NCBI GenBank assembly: GCA_964016885.1
Contig: OZ024741.1
Location: 77,438,001 to 77,502,000 of the forward strand
Direction: 5' to 3'
Source: Eledone cirrhosa
Lineage: Eukaryota
DNA: 64,000 nt
Shown piece after piece: positions 54,630 through 64,000 of this stretch. The notes below the pieces were generated by a model. That model was not told the DNA's origin. It ran no database searches and worked only from the letters and a program-made list of their open reading frames with translations. Numbering within the stretch: the first letter of the stretch is position 1; every line of letters begins with the position of its first letter. The translations under genes and the position numbers were made by a program.

Positions 54630-54940
54630 TATAGAAATGGCTTCTACAGGACTAGAACTATTTCATTCGAAAGAAATCGTCAGGAAAGCCCTGATGATTT
54701 CTTTCTTTCAAATGAAACAGTTCTAGTCCTGTAGAAGTCATTTACATATATATATATATATTTGAAAAAAGGAAAAGAATGACTTCACTTGTAGTTTTAA
54801 ACAATTTGATTTAATTTTATATACCAAATCATAATATTATAAAATTAAATCAAATTGTTTAAAACTACAAATAAAGTCATTCTTTTCCTTTTTGTCAAAT
54901 ATACTTAACTGTACCAAGAATTTCACACATTTTCTAATAT
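54630..54940. mobile_element. Two small fold-backs; the first turns at an HHR-like core
   Basis: 54630-54745: ..tcgtcagg aaag ccCTGATGA..GAAACAGTTC. 54760-54900: palindrome plus tail. Confidence 0.7.
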
Positions 54941-55103
54941 ATATATACATATACACATAATAACATATATGTGTGTGGGGGGCGTGCGTGCGTGCGTGCG
55001 TGTGCGTGTGTGTGAGTATGTGTGTGTGTAATTATTTATACTAAACTCGTTCTATGGACTGAGTGTTCTTACCCTTGGATATTTCTACCAAAGCTTTACT
55101 ACA

Positions 55104-55141
<38 letters not shown>

Positions 55142-55286
55142 AGGGTTGACGGACCCACCATATTTATCAATGCCAGTACCGGTTGGATCTCAGCGCACTC
55201 CATGGGCAATGTAAGATACATTACCAGAGTATGCACAAAGTTATTTGCTTCAACACAACCCACGTAAAACGGGTGCCTATAAGGTT

Positions 55287-55396
55287 CCCGGTCTCGAGTT
55301 TCTGCCGCACTAATGCAGCAGTAAGGTGCACTGCACCATCTGTCTGCATATCTTATGCAACAATGCACAATGGGCTTATGCGGCTTCATCAGCGGG
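55287..55396 (-). ncRNA. HHR with greatly expanded stem II, within a (TA)n-flanked unit at 55140-55484
   Basis: cccg-CTGATGA-a gccgca [about 70 nt] tgcggc a-GAAA CTCGAG AC-cggg; U16.1 is replaced by A. Confidence 0.6.
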
Positions 55397-55478
55397 TATC
55401 GCCTAATCAATAACCAATCGATCGACAGAATCCAAAGACCAGTCTATGCCGGCCATGACTGTTTGTGACGACTGACAC

Positions 55479-55518
<40 letters not shown>

Positions 55519-55629
55519 TGTAAAAAGTAAATAGAAATAACAACACAATCGGTACAAGATATGGAAGGAAAATATTAGGTTAACGCTTGAAATAGCAGGA
55601 AGAGGGTCTTAACGTTTCGGACGCTAGTA

Positions 55630-57695
55630 ACTACAGGATCTCCTACTTCCTCTCAATGGTTATACGCCCCATAATCAAGATGTCCCAAGATGTATGTGAC
55701 AGTACAGAGGACCTCCTCAGCAGAATCAGTGAGTGCATAATAGGCAGCATGGATGTGGTGTCACTGTACCCATCCATTAACATTGATTTTGCTGTGAAAA
55801 GATGTGTGGATATGATCATTGAGAGTGAGGTGGAGTTCTGCGACGTCGACACAGACGAACTGGGCCTCCTACTTAGACTTACCTACGACACTGACTACCT
55901 AGACAGCCATGACCTTAGACGTTTCTGTCCCAGTAGACCTATAAGGGGTAGACCCCCCACCATAACCTCAATGGCAAAAAAGACTCCCATGGGAAGGTGG
56001 ATTGGGTGGACCAAAGCTATACAGACCCCCAAAACAATGATCAGGTAAGAAAAATGGTCGCACATGCAATAGGGGCTAGTATCAAAACTACCCTAAAGGG
56101 CCACATATTTAAGTTCAACGAGAAGATCTACACCCAAAATGAGGGAGCAGCCATTGGCGTCAGCATAGCTGGTGATGTTGCCAACCTTTTCATGGTATGG
56201 TGGGAAAGGAGACTTAAAGATCTCCTTAATGAGAGCTCCATAGACTTCATCATATACTCTCGTTATGTAGACGATATCAATATAGTTATAAGAACATCCC
56301 CACTAGAAAGCACTAACAAGTTTGATTTAGAACGTAGCACGATGGAAAGCATCCAGCAGATAGCTAATTCCATACACCAGAATATAACTGTAACTATTGA
56401 CTTCCCTTCCAAACACCCTAACAATAGACTACCTGTATTAGACACAGAACTCTGGATTAACACTAGAGACGAGAGAGCCCAAATTCTCCACTCACACTAT
56501 GCTAAACCCATGGCCTCCAAATACCTGATACTCAAAAACTCAGCAATGTCCAGTAGTGCTAAGTTTAATATTCTGATCGCAGATTTGGTACGAGTGATGA
56601 AGAATGTGTCCCGCATGTGCGACCCAACAGAAATGGAAAGACACATCCAACACTTCATCAACCGCGTGCAGTTATCTGGCTACAACCAAAGAGACAGAGT
56701 TAGAGTATACGAAGGAGCCATGGAGAAGTATAAAACCCTCATAGAACTGGACATGAAAGGAATTTGCCCATTATACAGGAGCAAATCATGGAATAGCTTA
56801 GATAGGGCTAGACATAAGATAGGGAAAGCCACCTCATGGTACGACAACCAGAGATACCAGAGTGTCATGTTTGTGGACGCTACCCCCGGAGGGAAATTAG
56901 CTAACCAGTGTAGAAAGGCCCTGAGAAAGACCCACTTAAAAATTAAGGTGGTAGAAAAGCCATAAAATCCCTGATCAGCAAAACCTACCCTTTTAAGAAA
57001 ACCCACTGTACCAATAGGCAGTGTATCATATATAAGGTAAACCCCCGGATAAACTGTAAAACTAGAAACGTAGTCTATAGCATAAGATGTACAGAGGGTA
57101 CTTGCAGAAACATGACAACAACATACATAGGTGAGACAGCTCGTAGCATAGGTGAAAGGATAGACCAACACTGGGGGGAACTAAAAGGACGAAAAAACGG
57201 GTCAGTGCTATACGAACATGCTAGACAACAACATGACGGTAACATAGACAACATAGAAATTAGAATAATATCTAAACATAGAAATGACCCAGCAGATAGG
57301 CAAATCAGAGAGGCCAGTGAAATAGAAATTAGAAGGCCAAGACTAAACAGAAAGAATGAATGGAATAACAACAACACCCAAACAAACAACACTGACCTAA
57401 GAGAAGTATAAATAAGTAAATAAAATAAAATAAATAAATAAATAAATACACAAACACAATAACAACAAGCACATAAACACACACTAGTCACCCATCACAC
57501 AGCAAACAAAACACTATACACACACGGAAACGTATGCGCAAAGAAGACAAAATAAAATAAACAAACAAGCAAATAAATAAATAAATATATAGACAGACTG
57601 AATAAAAATGGCGTAGACATATAATACAACAGGAGGAAACGATAACACCACTGACGATGTTGCAGATGTGCAACGAAAGATTTATGAAAACTATA
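55630..57695 (+). mobile_element. 5'-truncated, frameshifted Penelope-like (Neptune-like) element
   Basis: SMDVVSLYPSI, GAAIG, YSRYVDD, Cys-rich linker, VVYSIRC...YIGETARSIGERIDQH; 3'UTR with HHR. Confidence 0.93.
57649..57686 (+). ncRNA. Type I HHR at the PLE 3' end
   Basis: ca-CTGACGA-t gttgca gatg tgcaac-GAAA gatt TA-tg. Confidence 0.7.
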
Positions 57696-57701
57696 TATAT
57701 A

Positions 57702-58415
57702 TGTTGTTATACTTTGGGAGGGTCATGTTGACAATAAGAAACACACGCACCAGTTGCTTTCACTTCAATTTATTATATATTTATAAATTTACAAATTTAT
57801 AAATTTATAAATTTCTGGTTGGTTGGTTGGTTCCACAACCAGATAGTTGTTTATATATAGTCATAGTCCTTTCGTCACACACTCTGTGACCTCTTCAGTG
57901 ACTGGGGATTCCTTTCTTTGTTTCTGTGCCTCTCCTTTGTTCTGTCCTACGCCATTTTGTTTCTGTGTGTGTGTTGTGTGCTCAACCAATAACATGTAAA
58001 TAAATAAATAAATAAACAAATAGATAAATGAACATAAACACACACAGACACCCGGGTGTGGCGCATGCGCAAACTGAGCACACAACACACACACAGAAAC
58101 AAAATGGCGTAGGACAGAACAAAGGAGAGGCACAGAAACAAAGAAAGGAATCCCCAGTCACTGAAGAGGTCACAGAGTGTGTGACGAAAGGACTATGACT
58201 ATATATAAACAACTATCTGGTTGTGGAACCAACCAACCAACCAGAAATTTATAAATTTATAAATTTGTAAATTTATAAATATATAATAAATTGAAGTGAA
58301 AGCAACTGGTGCGTGTGTTTCTTATTGGCAACATGACCCTCCCAAAGTATAACAATATCAGTTTCAACACACGATTTCAGATAAAGAATCTTGCTAAACA
58401 AATTCAGAAACGAAA
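57702..58415 (+). mobile_element. Fold-back PLE end with HHR pair (57859-57903 -, 58156-58200 +)
   Basis: Arms of about 280 bp at 57702-57983 and 58075-58358, plus tail; agtca-CTGAAGA-g gtcaca gagtg tgtgac-GAAA ggac TA-tgact; same family as 25378-25940. Confidence 0.88.
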
Positions 58416-58678
58416 TATATATATATGTGTTTGTGTCTATATTGTATCTGTATTATTTTTGACCGTCGGTCAGTCAATGGCAACATTGAGGACCGAGTAA
58501 GTTAGATTACCGATATAAAAGACACAGAAGCGAGAAGCGAAAACCAACCAAACAGTGAGTGTGTTCTGTTGTTAATTCTGGCAATATTACACAAATATGA
58601 CCCACCCCAAGTATAACAATATTTGTTTCGACACACGATTTCATATAAAAAAACCTCGCAAAACTAATTCATCGCCGC

Positions 58679-58755
<77 letters not shown>

Positions 58756-58971
58756 CACACGCACGTACATACATACACATATATTCATATATGTGTGTGT
58801 GTGTGTATGTGTGTGTATGTTTATGTGTATACGTATGTATCTACATGTATGTGCGGGTGTATGTATGTGTATGTATAAATCTATATGTAGGTGTATATAT
58901 ATATATATATATGTATGTGTGTATATATATATATGCGTATGCATGTGTGTATATATGTGTGTGGATATGTG

Positions 58972-59004
<33 letters not shown>

Positions 59005-59490
59005 AGATATGTGTGTGTATGTGTGCATATGTGTGTATGTATGTAATATATATGGACTGTAAATATATTTACATATAGGGAAGTGAATATGTGAGCTAGT
59101 ATGTCCGCCTCCCACACACACTTCTTCTCCCAAACCAATATCAACAACATATATTTCTGACAAATGCTCCAAAACTATCCTCCTTTTTTTCTTTTTACTG
59201 TCATCCCATTCTTATCAAAAGACATGTATCTTACACCTCATTAAAACCCACCACCACCACCACCACCAGACACCCACCTAAATTCATCTTTGATATAGAA
59301 ATTTGTAGAAGTTATTCTTTATAAATTTAAGAGAGTTGATTCAGCTATAAGAAACGTATTTGAAAAACATCCTGCTATTATACTCATCAAAGGTCATCTA
59401 TTGAAATAAAACCAGTAGGAGGGGATTTTTTACAACCACTTTCTTAAACACCCTTATCTTGATGTCAACCTTCACCATTTTCTGTGTGTG

Positions 59491-59593
<103 letters not shown>

Positions 59594-59822
59594 GTGTGTG
59601 TATTTTTTAATTCCTTTAAATCTTCATCAACGCTCATTAACACCACACCCACACATCAGACACATCCAAATCTCTCTTATATATAGTGTCACACATCACA
59701 ACACAACCTGATCTCAGTTTGACAATCGTCACCGACGAATGCGAGATAGTTCTCCAAGAAAGTTAACCAGGAATCTTTAAAATTCTTGCCACGGAAGTTA
59801 ACAAAGTACTTACTAGATCTAC

Positions 59823-59980
59823 CACGCCATGCTTTCCAGCATACTTACGTTCCTTTACGATCTGAGTTCAAATCCCGCCGAGGTTGACTTTGCCTTTCAT
59901 CCTTACGGGGTCGATAAAATAAAGTACCAGTAATGAACTGGGTTATTGCTGGCCTTGTGCCTAAAGTAGAAACAAATATT
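59823..59980 (+). mobile_element. 5'-truncated SINE
   Basis: B box + Nin core + 3' end. Confidence 0.88.
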
Positions 59981-60057
59981 ATATTATAAAATTAAATCAA
60001 ATTATTTAGCACTACAAGTGAAGTCATTCTTTTCCTTTTTTTAATATATATATATTT

Positions 60058-60833
60058 CTGCTGCTTAACCATTTTGTTTGTTTACCCTAGCGTCCCCTTT
60101 ATTTACGTGTCCCAACGACTTTTTTTAGCCGTTGCTCGCACCAACCTGAGGTATATGGCCTTTAATGCGACGAAATGCCTACGACGGTTGGATGGCCACT
60201 GATGAGGACAAACTTTTTCATATGTAACCCATTTGCAGCGCCGCAGCTCCATTATTATCATATTTACACATATATTTTTTCCTCCGCTGCCACCAGTCTG
60301 TTTCGTTCTTTGTGTATTTACCCTTTCTAGCAGTCTCTCTCTCTGTTAGCCTCTTCCTCACCTTTCACTCACTCACTCTCTGTCACTACCTCTCCTCCTC
60401 CCCTTTCTTCCCGTTTGACCTGTCCGTAATCCTTTTCTCGCGGGCACTTGACCAAGCCGGTATGAATTTTTTTCTCTCTCTCGTCTGCGACTTCACAGAA
60501 CTTATGTTTACCGAATTCGCAGACCAGACCCCTTCTTCCTCCCGTTAGACCTGTGCGAAATTCCTTCCTTGCTCACATTTCAACCAGGTTTGATGGTCTT
60601 TATTCTCTCGTTCACGATTCCACCGAATTTATATTCATAGAAATCTGGGACTTGTTTCCTTCTTCATCACTTTCTGCTGCTTAAACCATTTTGTTTGTTT
60701 ACCCTAGCGTCCCCTTTATTTACGTGTCCCAACGACTTTTTTTTAGCCGTTGCTCGCACCAACCTGAGGTATATGGCCTTTAATGCGACGAAATGCCTAC
60801 GATGGTTGGATGGCCACTGATGAGGACAAACTT

Positions 60834-60840
<7 letters not shown>
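60058..60840. repeat. Partial tandem (period about 615 nt) non-coding repeat in (TA)n
   Basis: 60058-60220 is repeated at 60674-60840. Confidence 0.85.
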
Positions 60841-60866
<26 letters not shown>

Positions 60867-60868
<2 letters not shown>

Positions 60869-61245
60869 AGGAAGTTATAGTTCACTTGAAGCATTGTGTA
60901 ATGAGGTATAAACGTTTGTATTTGTAAAGCCAAAACAATGCAGGTATGGACATAGAATATAAATGCAAATGCAAAAGATATTGTTGACAATTAGTCTTTT
61001 ACCTTAAATTTATTTAAATGTCCTTAATTTTCGAGATAATATCTCTTCTTCGGAGGGAGGTAAAGCGGTTAAACCAATGTTCTAAATAGCTTTACTTCCC
61101 TCCGAAGAAGATATATTATCTCGAAAATTAAGGACATTTAAATAAATTTAAGGTAAAAGACTAATTGTCAACAATATCTTTTGCATTTGCATTTATATTC
61201 TATGTCCATACCTGCATTGTTTTGGCTTTACAAATACAAACGTTT
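60867..61245 (-). mobile_element. Fold-back element with C4-variant HHR pair (61022-61056 -, 61099-61133 +)
   Basis: cct-CCGAAGA-a gagat att atctc-GAAA AT TA-agg; arms about 160 bp; tail 60867-60905. Confidence 0.8.
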
Positions 61246-61261
61246 ATATATATATATATAT

Positions 61262-61999
61262 ATGTAAGTATGTATACATACATACATACATACATACATA
61301 TATGTATACAGACGTACAGTAGTATGTATATATATACATGCACACATATATATATGTACGTATGGGTTTACCGAACATTTATTATAATGCTCGGTTTGTT
61401 TGTAAACAAACAGCTCGAATTACGCCGTACAGTGTTCGGCAACCATCGTCGCCTTTTTGTTCAACACTGACACGGGAACGATGTACTAGTTTCAAGCTTA
61501 TTAGCTATCGTCAGCATCGTATTCCTTCCTGTCAGATGATTGAACGTTTGAAAGTATATACTTTCCTTATGCATATTAACTCCTTATGCATATTAACTCG
61601 ATATGCAAATTAGGCTGCTCAGCCATTAATATGCATAAGGAAAGTATATACTTTCAAACGTTCAATCATCTGACAGGAAGGAATACGATGCTGACGATAG
61701 CTAATAAGCTTGAAACTAGTACATCGTTCCTTTGTCAGTGTTGAACAAAAAGGCGACGATGGTTGCCGAACACTGTACGGCGTAATTCGAGTTGTTTGTT
61801 TACAAACAAACCGAGCATTATAATAAATGTTCGGTAAACCCATACATACATATATATATGTGTGCATGTATATATATATATATATATATATACATACTAC
61901 TGTACGTCTGTATACATATATGTATGTACGTATACATACTTACATTTAAATATGAGCCTTACTAAGAGTGAGAAATGAAATTTCGTTTCATTCTTTTCC

Positions 62000-62003
<4 letters not shown>
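61262..62003 (+). mobile_element. Fold-back copy of the 428-nt HHR family (HHRs 61479-61519 -, 61686-61726 +)
   Basis: Arms about 61262-61579 and 61626-61944, tail to 62003; cgatg-CTGACGA...GAAA CTAG TA-catcg. Confidence 0.88.
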
Positions 62004-62030
<27 letters not shown>

Positions 62031-63215
62031 CCAATATTGGTGTATACAATTTTCGTCCTGTTTTCCAGTCAATTAAGCCGCATAATTCCTCCTACCTGTA
62101 TTATTTTTCTGTATTCGTTTCAGGTCAGTCTGATGATTTAAACAAGTAACAGAATAAAAAATGTAGTTGAATAAATTATATTGCAATCAGATGGAGGGGA
62201 ATGGAAAAGAGGAAGAGAGAAGGATGCTGGTGGAGGAGGGGAATGTTTTGTGTTGGACTCTTTCTTGGAGAGAGGAGTTTTTTTGTTATTCTTTTATTCT
62301 TTTGCTATATATACAAACATACATGCATTCATCCATCCATCCATCTATACATACATACAAACATATGTATGTGTGTGAGAGAAAGAGAGAGAGAGCGTGT
62401 ATGTGTGTCTGTGTGTGTGGGGGGGGGGGGGTTCAGTAAAAATGTTTTGGTGAAAAACAAGAGTTGGCAGGAAAAAGCTCTTTACATTCGTAGTGTGTAG
62501 TTACGATGGAGATTCAGTACAAGAATAACATTAAAACAGATGCTGATATTACATAAATCGTTTATTCATTATAATTATTTCAATGGTTCCTTATGCAATC
62601 TCAGATGCAATTTATGCATTTGTTTTTTGGTATGGGAACGATATCTTCAGATGAAATAACCGTTTATGTGATATGCTACAGGCAAAAAAAATACATGTCC
62701 TTCTTTTCGCTTGGATAGACGTACATGCTCGCCGGCATATCACAATAATTGTATAACTGCACCTATGATAGTGTAAGGATCTGACAAAGTCACATGAATA
62801 ACCATGTAACAGAAATAGAAAATAGAGGTCCGATTCGATACGGGGACAGCCTGCTAATGTGCTGTTATATCGATAGCCAGGGGCCCGAATATCACATTAT
62901 CAGTTAATGCCAGCATTGTGGGCTAGTAGGCGTGGAGGAGGTGTGGGTTTTCAAGTGACGACAGAAATAAATCCGTCCTTAGAAAATACCATTCATTATT
63001 TATAACCTCTATTTTTCTATCTTCTATCTTCTATTCTCTGTATGGGTTCGACGTAATCATGCTATATAATTCTGCAAATAACACCTGATGAAATCGTCTA
63101 GTCATGCATCATAATCGGGTGATAGGGCAGGGTCATTGAAATATGTATACTGCTTTCGCGAAAATAAAATTCTAAAGTAAATTTTCCAGTCCGTCCTTCT
63201 GTTGCTGTTTTATTG

Positions 63216-63302
<87 letters not shown>

Positions 63303-63312
63303 ACACACACAC

Positions 63313-63384
<72 letters not shown>

Positions 63385-63390
63385 ACACAC

Positions 63391-63435
<45 letters not shown>

Positions 63436-63457
63436 TATATATATTTATATATATATA

Positions 63458-63507
<50 letters not shown>

Positions 63508-63605
63508 GGCCCCAAAAAATGTATACGCACTTTGATTAGAAAACTTCAATGTATTTGCCAACATGATAGCGACCACTCAAGATTCCTCACATTTACCGCT
63601 TCTCA

Positions 63606-63714
<109 letters not shown>

Positions 63715-63839
63715 TACATACTCAGACTCACACATACACATTTCTTAAATAACTCTGGTGTTTATAACACCTTTACAGGTGAGATAATTACATACTTCAC
63801 ACTGATAAATCAATAGGCTTTATAAAGAAAGTTTAAGTG

Positions 63840-64000
63840 CTGTTGTTGTTGTGGTGGTAGTGGTGGTAGTAGTGGTGGTGGTGGTGATGGTAGTGGTGAT
63901 GGTAGTGGTGGTGGTAGTGGTGGTGGTAGTAGTGGTAGTAGTAGTAGTGGTGGTGGCAGTGATAGTGATGGTGGTCATGGAGGTGATGGTAGTGGTGGTG
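63840..64000. repeat. (GGT/AGT)n microsatellite
   Basis: Directly visible. Confidence 0.95.

Noticed and set aside
57702-58358. Fold-backs as sequencing or assembly chimeras
   Set aside because: Arms usually differ by substitutions, tails are family-constant and flanking DNA is not mirrored; read-level confirmation is still advisable.
63085-63150. CTGATGA...GAAATATGTA motif
   Set aside because: Stems I and II are poorly paired; at best a decayed HHR.

Overview
AT-rich, microsatellite-saturated animal genomic DNA, most likely a coleoid cephalopod (octopus-like); this is inferred from the tRNA/Nin-domain SINE and the (TA)n/(TACA)n/(CA)n load. There is a 200-N gap at 3396-3595. One host gene can be built on the + strand from six phase-compatible coding exons (14763-34326, about 540 aa, low complexity, many dibasic sites, no recognised domain), possibly with a last exon at 44643. 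The rest is retroelement debris: Penelope-like elements (PLE; RT + GIY-YIG), R4/Dong-type RLE LINEs, Tx1/L1-like, RTE, CR1/L2-like and CRE fragments, RTE-derived non-autonomous cassettes and many SINEs. There are also a hAT MITE and a Tc1/mariner remnant. The most striking signal is about 20 type I hammerhead ribozyme (HHR) motifs from at least 9 sequence families. Most sit in fold-back mini-elements inserted in (TA)n, with a recurring layout: inverted arm + 5'-truncated element end + unpaired 3' tail. One family shows a head-to-tail, non-coding 428-nt monomer with one HHR (retrozyme/circRNA-like). All calls were made by eye; no searches or folding were run, and repeat boundaries are approximate.
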